Positions 25,390 to 37,010 of a DNA stretch of 64,000 bases are shown here, piece after piece. Below the pieces are notes generated by a model. The model worked only from the letters and a program-made list of their open reading frames with translations. It searched no databases and was not told the origin of the DNA. The stretch's first letter is position 1. Every line of letters starts with the position of its first letter. A program made the position numbers and the translations under genes. This DNA is from Oopsacas minuta (taxonomy: Eukaryota > Animalia > Porifera), in contig JAKMXF010000013.1 of the NCBI GenBank assembly GCA_024704765.1, positions 1-64,000 on the forward strand, read 5' to 3'.

Positions 25390-26648
25390 TAGTAGGTTTC
25401 GGATATAAGAAAGTTTACGATTTCACTTAATGTGGTCCTTATATCCGAAACTTTCATATATGCGAAATTCAATTATGACGTTTGCCTTTTACTTAATAAC
25501 TCAATATTATACTAGCTATTTTGGATGCATCTTTGAACCATGATTCATGATAAGAAATCAATGAGAGTGGCAAGAACTGTTCAAGAAAAACGGGATATAT
25601 TAGCTCAATGCGAATTGCCAGGTGCAAACCGAAGATCCATATACAATAACCTTGGAGTATCCGAGTGCTTGATCCCAAAATGGAAGAAGATCAGGTACCA
25701 GCTTGAAGAATGTCTGATGTTAAGGGAAGTAGAAAAGGAAAAAGGAAGGTGAGCACGGGGAAACTCTAGAAGATGGCCTTCTCACTATTTTGGACAATTG
25801 GAGGGAACGGGATGTAGAAGTCACCAGGCTAATGCTCAAAGTTAAAGCTGATGAAATAGCTGAAAGGGTAGGTGAACCAAAAGCGTCGGATATTAGCTGA
25901 GCCGTTAGCAAAGCAGACACAGCATTGTAGTTAAAATCCTGCAGGGAGAGGGTGCTGACGCTGATGAAGCACCGGCTGATAGATGGAAAAAAGAAAAACT
26001 ACCGGGAATAATGGAGGAGTACGGACTTAAATACATATACAATACTGATGAATTTGGGTTGTTTTACACCTGCGGGCCCAATCGGACGTGGTACGGAAAT
26101 CTGATGGTAGAAAAGGAACAAAGCAAAGTAAGTCCAGGGTATCAGTGTTGGTGGATGCCAATATGGATGGATCTGATAAACTTCCACATCTGATTATCAG
26201 TAAAAGCAAGAACCCAAAGAACAAAAAATTGCCGCTACCAGTAGAATATACCCACCAAAAGAAAGCATGGATAAATACACAAATATTCAATGACTGGTTG
26301 ATACAGGTTAATAACAAGATGAAGCGAAGAAGGAGAAAAATACTGATACTTGCGGATAATTTTACTGCACACCGCACACCACCACCAATGAGTAATGTTC
26401 GTCTCCAGATGTTGTGTGAGAATACAACTTCTATCTGCCAACCAATGGATGCTGGCATAATTGCAGCCTTGAAGAAAATGTTCGGGTACAGAGCTGCTGA
26501 ACATAAAATTACGATGCTTGACAGCGGATTAAAACCAACAATCACCCTTTACAGGGCCTTGATAATGCTGAAACATAGTTGAGACTTAATATCACCCAAG
26601 ACAATTCTAAACTGCTTTAGCAAGGCATTCAATCTGGGTCGTGATAGC
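25390..26648 (+). mobile_element. pogo/Tigger (CENP-B-like DDE_1) transposon, frameshifted
   Basis: Psq-type HTH, IYNTDEFGLFY, KSRVSVLVDANMDGSDKL, KKAWIN..IF.DW, LILADNFTAH, NTTSICQPMDAGII; cut at the single N at 26649. Confidence 0.9.
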
Positions 26649-26649
26649 N

Positions 26650-27402
26650 GTATATTAGCAACAGGAAAGTGAATACTGAAGGCCTTGATAATGTATGCCG
26701 AGAGACTTACGAATCCATTTTAACCAATTTTTCATGGGCACATGTAACCCCTACTTTACATAAACTTCTAGCCCATGCATCACAAATAATTGCAGATCAT
26801 AACGATGGGTTTGGCTTAGAAGATTTGTCTAAAGAAGGCCCTGAATCTTGTAATAAATTGGTCAGGGGATACCGTGAGAGACTCCCAAGAAAATTTAGCT
26901 TTGAGGACGACGTTAAAGATGTGGTCGTCAGGCTTATCTCTCAAAGTGATCGAATTATAGCATCCTTTCGTAATATTACCAAAAACGATTGGGAGCCAGA
27001 TCTATCTGAGTTAAAGAGCTGTCAAGATATTTTGGTGAATTCTCTAATTATAAATACGTTATAGTTTGTAGTTCAATGAACGGTAGGTCATTTTAACAAG
27101 AAATATGGTTTCATAAGTTGATAAACATGTACATTAAATAGTGTTAATAATATCAAAACATAAAGCATTCAATTTCTGAACACATAGCTGACAAATTGGC
27201 TTAATTAAAATCGATAAAAAAATCAAAATATTTTGAAATGTGACAATGACGTCATTACTTTCACACCCAAAGACTTAGAAAAAATCTAGTTACGTCAATC
27301 GATTCCTTGAGTATGATTCCCCATATGTCAATAATATAGTTTAATACGTTATCTAGTGCCCTAATACCTACTTCCAGGTTTTAGCCATTTCGTGCAACTG
27401 TG
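26650..27402 (+). mobile_element. Transib/RAG1-like transposase C-terminal fragment with right terminus
   Basis: FSWAHVTPTLHKLLAH (Zn-binding H..H) and LSKEGPESCNKLVRGYRERL (cf. RAG1 SEGNESGNKLFRRFRKM); minus-strand terminus CACAGTT-10 nt-GCTAAAACC at 27402. Confidence 0.8.
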
Positions 27403-28459
27403 ATGAACACGATAAGTTTACCACTTCGTTTTAAACAATTCTCGCACTCAAATCGAGATTTCAGCACTATATTGACGTTATACAAAACACATTTTAACGG
27501 CTATATTTGGTTAGTAGAGAAACCAAATAGGAAATCTCTACTATGTTTTTCAAAGAAAATTAAAATGAAATCGGCCAACGAATGATTTTTCATATAAATG
27601 GGCTAATTAGGACTTGTTTGTTGATTTTGAGTGATAATTTGCCAAAGTTTTAGCATCGTTGAGTTAGAATTTTATTAGCAATTATTGCTGATACTTATCA
27701 CTGAAACTGTGATGATAGAGTGAATTTTAAAAACTGGAAACAATATTGGGGTTCTGCCGGTATTTTTTGCCAGTTTTTGACACGAGATTACTGGTGTCAA
27801 TAAATTTGGGTGTATTTTATCAATCTTTGGCACCTAGGAAATTTTTTACGGAAAATCGAATAATTGCTACAAATTCTAATTTCAAAATTGCAAAGTGGGT
27901 GAATTTCAATTAACGATTTTGAATTCTTACTCAACCAAGATTTTTTCAAATTAATTATCTATTAGTAGGTGCTACTTTATAATGTTTATTTTTGGGAAGC
28001 AATTTCCATCAAACAGTAAGGGCGTAGCTCTCTCTGTTTGTAAACAGGACGGCCTGCACGGAGCTAGTAACATTATTATGGTAACTCAGCAGAATGTGGG
28101 ACAATAAGGTCTAAAACCACTGCTTTATGACACAGTAACTTTCAAAATTACTATACCATAAGCAATTACAGTCGTAGTGTCACGTTCGTAACAAAAGTGA
28201 GCACCTTAATTTTGCCACTTGGATAACCAATTATCGCAATAGAATCGAGATTTCAGTAACTTTTTGGCATCATAAATTGACAATTTTCCCGGACGTTTTC
28301 GCTTAAAGGATAAATATAGTTGTCAGTAGCTAATTGTTCACAGGGTCCAAGTATACATATAAAGTATGAAAAGGCAATTATTCTATGTATGGTTGGAAGC
28401 TCGGAATTGATTGAAGAAACTGGAAGACACCCCAAAGGCTGATTTTTAATATAGGGGTA

Positions 28460-28740
28460 TTTTGGCCTGGCTGGGATGAGTTGGAGTCTTGGCCAAAATT
28501 CATATATATGACGAAATTATGAAATCATTGTCAACAATTTAGATTTTCAAAAAAATCAAGTTGCTGCTTAGCCAATAAATGTTATAGGGTTATTATTTGA
28601 AAGACAGGTAATTCATAATATGACAAATGTGCGGACGTTATCACTTTGAACAAATTCAAACTTATTATTAAAGTATTACGTCATCATGGATTTACAAATT
28701 TGAAAATTTTCCAAAATTCCAGAAGAAGTTTAAGAATCTC
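28460..28740 (-). repeat. MITE-like family A, diverged copy
   Basis: cttagccaata...tattacgtcatcatg, reverse-complement similarity to 6400-6600. Confidence 0.5.
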
Positions 28741-29410
28741 TTAATATACGATGTAGAAGTGCCGAAATTACTAACCTAAAGCTACGTAAGAGTTCCAGTA
28801 TTACCATAAAATGCCATAAATTCCAGTGAACCATGGATAATAAAAATGAAATCCCGAAAAAGATTAACCTCGAATAACGTAGGCCAAGTATATCCCGCCA
28901 ATGACAAATGTAGATGTTTCAAACTAAAGCAAAACAACTTTGGCCAGTTGCAGCTACCTAGCAAGCGTGGGCAAGTATATATCTGAAATAATATTTACAT
29001 TGCCATACAGTTATTGTGAGAAAACTGTACCGTAGGAATGTATATCAGTGTATTTCTACATAATACAGATGATTTAAGAAATTCGATTGGGAGAAATCCA
29101 TGATTGATCTAACAAACTTCTTTCATCGATTTATGATACCTTAACTCACCCAAACGATTCACTTGATTTATGGTATAAATTGTGAAACCAAGTCAAATTA
29201 AACATCCTCCGAATCATGAGAGACAAGTATGGTATGAAACGAAGCCTAAATGCCCTAATGATAACATATTTGAATTAATATAATCGTGATTAGCATATTA
29301 AACAAAGACTGGTAGTTAATTATAAAACACTGAAAATTTAGTAGTTAAGATGATGCGGGAAGCAAAAAAATTGTATACTATACAACTTTATTCAATGCAA
29401 GGTTCTATAG

Positions 29411-29465
29411 CAGGGGTTTTCAACCTAGGGGTCGCGCGAAGGCTTTCTAGTTGGGTCGCAAAAAG
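29411..29465 (+). mobile_element. hAT-type (Charlie/Buster) MITE end
   Basis: CAGGGGTTTTCAACCT...GGGGTCGCG. Confidence 0.55.
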
Positions 29466-29837
29466 TTCAGATAATTTACATAACATAATTAATATTTACT
29501 GATTAACAAGTCAAAAATTATTTAAATTATCAACTTTTAGCTGAATTCAAAATGCATTGTCAGTCTATTGCGCGTGCATTGCTATGTGCAATGTACAGGG
29601 TGTAACAAAATTGATGCCTTATTGTTTACAATTAATTATTTATAAACACAGCCACATCAAGTATCTACGGATATATACTATTTGCTATATCTATGTTAAT
29701 TCTATTCATAACTAATGATATTTTATTATATTGCAAGGTATGACTCACATTTAACCACAAATATGCTAACTCATAATTTCATATTTATTAGCTAATTTTG
29801 CGATGGTGAAAGAGCATGCTATTCGAACAAGACACAN

Positions 29838-30389
29838 CCTCAGTAGCAAGGAAGTCAGAATTCCCAAGCAGGTGTGCCAGTTCTTCTGCTTTCTCCTTCA
29901 GCATTGGACCACTTACTCTCTGACCTTTAGAAGTCACTAACTCAAACCATTGATTTAACGCTTCGTCCACCTCAGGATCTTTTCCCTTTCGCTCTCTCTT
30001 CACGTTAGTTAGTTGTTTTTTGGGATGATTCATAGTATGTGACCATTTTAACCTCAACTGCTCTTCTTCATTTGTCGATCAAATGAGAGTAGTCCTTGGT
30101 ATAGATAATAATTCAGCACGTTGCCGCTGACTTATACCTGGAGGCTGTAATGCAACATCGTCTAGTAATTTAATCTTTTGTGCAAGTGTCAAATCAGTTC
30201 TTTGGGTCATAAAATAATAATATAATCTAAATTATATACAAACCTAATCAAATTTTTGATAAACATATAGACTTCAAAAAAATAATGGTCCGATTAACCG
30301 AAAAATGTTAAATATTACTCCTGGATTAGATTCCGTCAAGGAGAAAATGGTCCGATTAACCGAATTGTCCGATTAACCGGAGTCGACTG
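29838..30389 (-). mobile_element. Tigger-like 5' half
   Basis: TIR CAGTCGACTCCGGTTAATCGGAC; DPEVDEALNQWF...GPMLKEKAEELA (CENP-B HTH); truncated at the N at 29837. Confidence 0.85.
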
Positions 30390-33054
30390 TATATGGAAAA
30401 TTAATCCTAAATCACGACATAGAAGATATTAGGTTAAAAGTTTGTGTAACTAATGCGAATTTTCAGGAAATTAAGTAGTACACTCATGGCAATTTTAATA
30501 TTAATTTCTACGTAAGTTTTTGGGTGTACTACCTTTGGTTGAAAGAGTGTATTAAATTGCAGCTTAGAAAATAATGTATAAATAATAGGAAGGATGGTAG
30601 TGGGTGAGAGGTATATTTAAACCTTGGTCGTTGGTAGAGTTCAACTGATAGTCTCTCAACGCAGGTAAAAAATATTGTAAAACAATCCATGTCTGAAAAA
30701 GGAGTCGTGAAAGCAAAGAGGTCGCTATGCCACAGGTCGTTCAATACAGGCTGTATAATAGTACCAAATTTTGTTAGAACTAGTTGAAGTTCGAATTATC
30801 AAAATATATTAAATGTGCTATACGTAATAGCTGTCATGGGAAATCAAAATTGCTAAATTAATGGAAGGACATTGTATGGGATTAATGTAGGGTTTAAAAC
30901 CCTTGATTCCTCAAGAAATGAAAAGTATATTCCAAGCCTCCCTTTAAGGTAATCTCATTCTTAGATCATAGGAATATTGATAATATATTAGGATTCCCTT
31001 TAACAAATCAAGTGTTTTGTATGATAAATTGCACAAATAGTTGTAATAAGAAAGAGATATATTTAAATGAGTTAGAACCCATTAATTTTTATTTTCGAGA
31101 AGTTATAGAGGCTTATAGAAACTAGTTGAAATGGAATACCGACAATTCACACCTAATTTGATTGGTGAATTGATTTGACATTATTTCAATTTAGATTATA
31201 GGGAAAATACTGAAATTAATCACAAGTAATAACTCTGGCATAACTAACTACTATTGTAAACTACTAGTACTTGGAAGTCGTTTCTATTTCGTTAAAAGCT
31301 GAATTCATCATAGCAGAATAAGATAATATAATCGCAGTTAAATGTTATATTCACTTATTTCTTTTAAGGTGGAATTTTGTTATTTGACTAATATCCGATT
31401 GGCTTCTGAGAGTTCACGGTATTAGTGAGTCGGCCCCCACCAAAAGTTCACCGAACGCCCGAACATAGAGCTTAGAGGGCAATTGATTGCAAGTCAAATC
31501 GATGTCATAATCCAAGGGTTTCCATGGCTCTATTGTAGGCAAACAACGCAACTTAACCGCTGATCCCTTCCTAGAACCAGGGCCGGATTAAGGAATAGGG
31601 CCTCGTACTTTGAGGGGTAAATTTGACTATATGAATGGGTTAAACCAATCCAGTATTTTTAATTTCCCTGTTAGACCATCTAAAAATACATTACATTATT
31701 TTCATACCGAATTTCTTCGAAAACTAGGATGGAGGATGATAGTTTTAGTGAGTTAATTTATAGTATATTGTTTAAATCTTCGATTATCTCATCAATTTCT
31801 TTCTGGGTATATCTTGTATATTTAAACTCCATCATTTATTTGCTTGTCCGAATTGATAGAGGAACTGGTTTGAGATACAGACTTGAAATTTGATACGGGG
31901 TGTGGAATGACGTTTACTAATGAAACTATTCACAAAATTAGTATTAACAAAACTCAAAATTAGTCAAACTTAAATATATCACACAAGAATGTAGAGATTA
32001 GTTTAGAAAATATTGCAACTACTAATGTCCAATATTCTGAAACTTGTGTACGTAGTTTAAATTGAAATTTCGAAACAAGTGTAAGATTTTTTAATAGTCA
32101 ATATATTTGTAGAAGTAAACTAGAAATATTTTAGATATTCATAAATGTCTCTAAGTCTTCAATTTGATATGTAATTTCTAACCAATTTCAAAGAATGGGA
32201 AGGCCATGAAATTTATATTTCAAGTGTGCTGAGTTGAATTTTGTGGTAACCTCACAATCATTTTTACTGTCTTTATAAAATCTCAAGTTACAAGAATCTA
32301 CTGGCAGGGCCGGGTAAAGGTGGATGCAACCCATGTAGAAGCAGAGGTTCCCCGAATGAAGCGTCCCCTAAATATTAGGTCAAGGGCGTTGTCGTTCCGG
32401 ACGGAACTCTAAAGCCACTGCAATTTAGAATCACCTTAATGCTCAACATTCCTATATATATTGTAAAATTAATTCAGTAGCGTTAAATATTTTCCAAACA
32501 AATATATATTTATCAATCACATTGATGGATATAAGCATATTGATACTGTCTATTTCATTTCATGCAGGGAGGATGACACTTTAAATGCTCGCCCCTAACC
32601 CCGAGAAGTGTATCATAGTACACGAGTAGAATGTCCAGACCAGATCCAGAGAGGATAAGTCAACAGGACGATATATCCATGGCAACGCTTCTTCTTGCAT
32701 TTTAACCACAATATCATGCATATACATTGAAATGATCTACGGACCGAATTTCTCAGGGCGCGCAGTCGACGGAGATTAGTCTCCCAATCTATGGTCCTGG
32801 GGCTCACTCCCTAACAATATTCCTAATGAGTGCTAAAGCCTCCCCTATTGAATAGCATTTTCGGATCTGGTACTAATTCCATTTATCCTAAATAATAGTA
32901 TAGTATAAATAATCAGAAAGCTGATTATTCAGAGAGCTTTGACGAACATGAATTATGGGCGATTATTCGACACAATATGGCAAATCAAATTTAGTCTCTT
33001 CAAGCGGAACTACAAATAAAACTCTATGTAAATAGTATTAGAGAATTTATATGT

Positions 33055-33882
33055 TCAGAATCTATGAGGAAAACATACCAAAACATCAAACAAACATGTA
33101 GATATTATGAAAAATGAATATAAACTTCCAAGCAGGAAGTAAGGATATAGATACGGGGTTGTCGAATTAAAGTAAGATATTCTGAAGAAATAGTGATCAA
33201 CAAAATGATATGCTTGAATTATTTCTACTTCTTTCGATATCAAAATAGAACACCTTATATCCGAATTATTTACACAGCGAAATATGTTATGAAATCCCTG
33301 TAGATGTACATGTCTACCACTACCAAAAAACTCTAGGATAGGTAGCGTATGTAATTCCTCTTCCAAATCAGCATTCATATATTGTGGGGTACTTTGTATC
33401 AGATGAGGATTGAAGGACTCAAACATGCTCATCAATGACAAGTTTGAATGAGGATGAATATTTTCTAAATAAATCAACATGAAATAAGTCCATTTATCCA
33501 TAAGATGTAAACCAATATTATGATCAAAATTATGTGACAGTGAATCTTCACCAAGTATGCTGCTTCCAGCAGACAGTATCCCTGAAACACTGATTGAATC
33601 AAACATCGTGGTGGCTTGACAACTATCAACTAAAAAGAGAATATGGTTAAACCTTTGATTCCTCAACATTTGAACCAATGTATCGTGGAATTCGACATTA
33701 AGTAGTTCTTCATTATCTTGAAACTTGAGAAAACAATTTCCTCCATGACCAGATATATAGATCAATAGGTTACTATTTTCATTTAATAACAAAGATTTAG
33801 AACGTGGAGTATATTGATGATGACGTCCAGTTAAAATACGAAAGAAATTCTCAACACTCACTTCATATCCTTTATAATCTAC
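33055..33882 (-). CDS. PIGK: GPI-anchor transamidase catalytic subunit, C-terminal exon (275 aa + TGA)
   Basis: Acceptor ttatttAG| at 33884-33883, then VDYKGYEVSVENFFRILTGR; catalytic SGHGG and DSCQA; FLKFQD, GEDSLSH; C-terminal hydrophobic TM segment; no disruptions. Confidence 0.95.
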   Translation of the reverse strand, partial: VDYKGYEVSVENFFRILTGRHHQYTPRSKSLLLNENSNLLIYISGHGGNCFLKFQDNEELLNVEFHDTLVQMLRNQRFNHILFLVDSCQATTMFDSISVSGILSAGSSILGEDSLSHNFDHNIGLHLMDKWTYFMLIYLENIHPHSNLSLMSMFESFNPHLIQSTPQYMNADLEEELHTLPILEFFGSGRHVHLQGFHNIFRCVNNSDIRCSILISKEVEIIQAYHFVDHYFFRISYFNSTTPYLYPYFLLGSLYSFFIISTCLFDVLVCFPHRF

Positions 33883-34039
33883 CTAAATAAGTTAGAACAA
33901 TAAATAATTTGAGTATGTTGCAGTCTAAATGAGTATCCGCGCGAAACAAGATTCGCGGAATATAATACGAAACATGCTTCGTGGAGTAAATTTCGCCAAA
34001 TTTATATAATTACAGGTAGTAAGTAGGGTGATGTATTGT

Positions 34040-35219
34040 CTGCAAAGCAACCCTAAGTGATATATATAATATTACGAAAGTTCTTTGCGGGTTTAGTTTC
34101 GATTGTTCGATAGAGGATATCAAGGAGACAATCCGTTAGTTAACCTCTGATGGAAAAGAGCTGATGAGCTACAATACAAAGCAATGGTGGGGATTATACC
34201 TGTAAGTGGCATTGATGTATTTCCTGCAGCACCTTTGTATCCTTATCTAAGGATTTTAGATTGGTTCTTGAACCTCATCTAACTAGTTGGAGCAGGAAAG
34301 TCCAAGTGAACTGAGGATCAAATGGTGCGAGATTATTGAGGTTTAGTATGTAAGCGAATCCATGAACTTACGAACTTATTATTCGACCAACCAGGAGGAA
34401 ATGGGAATCCAAGCGCTGGTAACATGGGATGAATATTTTTCATATAAAAAACCATGTTTTAGGATCCCTTTATCGTTTGTAACAAATGTTTATAGAGATG
34501 CTCTAACAGAGATTCACTGGAATTTATTTGCATTACTCAGAGTTGCAAATAGTAATGAGTTGTCGATGTAGACAGATTTTGAGTTAGTCAAGAAACCTAC
34601 TTATTGAGAGAAAGGTTATGTAGTCTTTCTAAAGAAGGGTTAGAACAAGGACATAAGTTGATCCGAGAGTTCTCTACACATTTAAGCAGGAAATCAGATT
34701 TTCTAAGTGGATTAAGTGATGTTGCAATGAGGCTCTGCATGTATGGTTGTGAAATTCTGATTGAAAAATTCCGAAAGATCATTATTTGTTCCACATATGG
34801 TGAAGTAAGCCATTAAACGAATTGTGGAAAAAACAGGCAAGCAGAAAACGTGAAAAATAATATTGGTAATGAAGAATCTCTTCTTCAAAATTCCATCGAT
34901 GAACTCTTCTTGTACCTAACAATAATTCATCAATAAGATACTCATATGTTAGGTATTTTCAGTTAGCACAGTATATTCATATATTCAATTGTCTCCGAAT
35001 GCAAAATATGTTAAGTGACTACCTGTATTTCTTTATTACTATATAGTAATCAAGATTACGTCATATATTCAAAACCTGAGTGATACAACAAAATTGAAAA
35101 CAACAACCGAACCACAATAGTCGACTTACTATACTGTAAAAATGCATTGTATAAGCCTATATCTAAAATTGAACGCGCATAACCCTAGTACCAGTAATTC
35201 GCAATAATTGCCCACTGTG
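34040..35219 (+). mobile_element. Second Transib/RAG1-like transposase remnant, internally deleted
   Basis: GIIPVSGIDVFPAAPLYPYLRILDWFL, ALTEIHWNLFALLRV, LSKEGLEQGHKLIREF..LSRK; CACAGTG on the minus strand at 35219-35213 as possible right end. Confidence 0.65.
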
Positions 35220-36862
35220 GGTAAGCAAAAAAAACTGAAAAATGGACAAGAATTATATCAAAATACAGGAACTTTAACCGATTTCATTGTGATCAATGCA
35301 TGCTTTTTAATTCAATTGTTTTCAGAGCAGCATTCAAAAAATGTAATATTTAAATTAGGACAAAAGTCGATATATAGGGCAGATCTAGATTGCTTCTAGT
35401 TCATTAATGGTCGATGATGCATAATACCATTCTGAGAAGTTCACGATTTTATCACAATGTGCACAATTTGGCCCTCACTAATGATTCTCTTGTAAATTCT
35501 TATAAAAATTTGCCATTTTAAATGTGCTTTCAAGTTGAAAAATTGAAATTTAGGCCGCTTCAAAAATATATGAGTACTCAAATGTAATAGGATAACAATG
35601 CTTGACGGTTTCAAAAGCCCAATGAAACTTTTAGCACACTTCTGAGTAGGTACAGACATGTTTGAGCGTTTGGAAAACTAAATAACCAGTATAACTGCAA
35701 AGTGGTGGGGTTCAGTAGGAGAATACTTTTCAGGGGTTCAATAGGAGAATACTTTTAAAATCTTTCAACAACTGACAGTGGAGTGAATCATTTTTGGACA
35801 AAACACCGCAACAAAGATTGAGAATTGGGATTGGCACAAAATATTGCCAAAACTAAGACAAATACTGGTACCGATAAATTTCGATCGAAAGTGTCTTAGG
35901 TGATATTCAGTATTGCGACCTCCTTAGGCAAAGGCATAAATATATGATTAATCATATGAAACAAATATTCATAACATGTTGTTTACAAGATCATATTCTA
36001 AATTTTCACCTTTGATTACATGAAGAAACTGTATATTGCCAACATGATAGTATACGATACACAGCGGCAATTAGGCTCCCGAGTGACGGTGGGAAAAGAT
36101 ACATAAGCCTCACACTATTTCTCCAAATGCTGGTCACTACAACTATAATTCTCTATATGAAAATAGGCAAATTAATGATAAATAGTTTTGCTGAAAATTA
36201 TGACCCTAAGATAACATTGAGCAGGGCGAATCCTGGGGGGTCCAGGGGCCTCATTCATAAGCGGAGAAAAGGATATATGGGAGGCGGGCAGGCACAAAGT
36301 ATTCACAAGCGGGAATTGAATATATAAGTGTTCAATATAAAGGAAATTAACTGTATTCACTTTAGGTATTGGTCAAAAATTTCGTTACTTGTAGAATTAA
36401 AGGTAATGGATAATATTCCATCAATCTTATCCAAAACCAGGTGAATTGCAATTCTCTCTAAAAGCAGCCGTATTGACTAAGAACTTAAGTCTGAAGATCG
36501 AAAATGAGGGTATTCACTAAGATTTAAAAGTAAAGAAAGATTGATCTTGAGTTCTGTCAAATTAATAGATGTATTATTAATATCTTAATAAAAACGTAGT
36601 TTTCACACAATATACAAAAATTCTCAACAACAGAAATTTGACCTGCGGTAGGATGATAATATTTAGGTAAGTTCACTAGAAAAGCTGTGAAATAGATTCA
36701 TCCACTACTCTGGTACAAACGTGACTTATAGCTTACAGGGTGTCTAATAAGTTCTGTTATACATTTTCGCGCCTTAGACAGTAGCTATTAATATACTTAT
36801 GAAGTAATCTTCTAGAATTTCTTGTAGCATTTTTGGCGCTCTTTCGAATTATACCAAGTATN

Positions 36863-37010
36863 ACTCACGGATGCTGAAAAACATAATTTTGCAATATCAC
36901 GAATAGTAGAGCCAATTGACCAGAACTAGTGCCATTTTCGAACTCAGTGACCCCGATATACCCCAGAAATAGTCTCAACTTATCAGCCAAGACAATGTTG
37001 TTGGCCAGTA
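36863..37010 (+). mobile_element. Chapaev3 right terminal fragment
   Basis: Matches 53240-53386 and 17869-18020; starts right after the single N at 36862; followed by TTA. Confidence 0.85.

Noticed and set aside
32600-32810. Possible first exon of a downstream operon gene ~240 bp after the PIG-K stop (acceptor tattgttAG)
   Set aside because: Frames are short and inconsistent, with no compatible downstream exon or homology.
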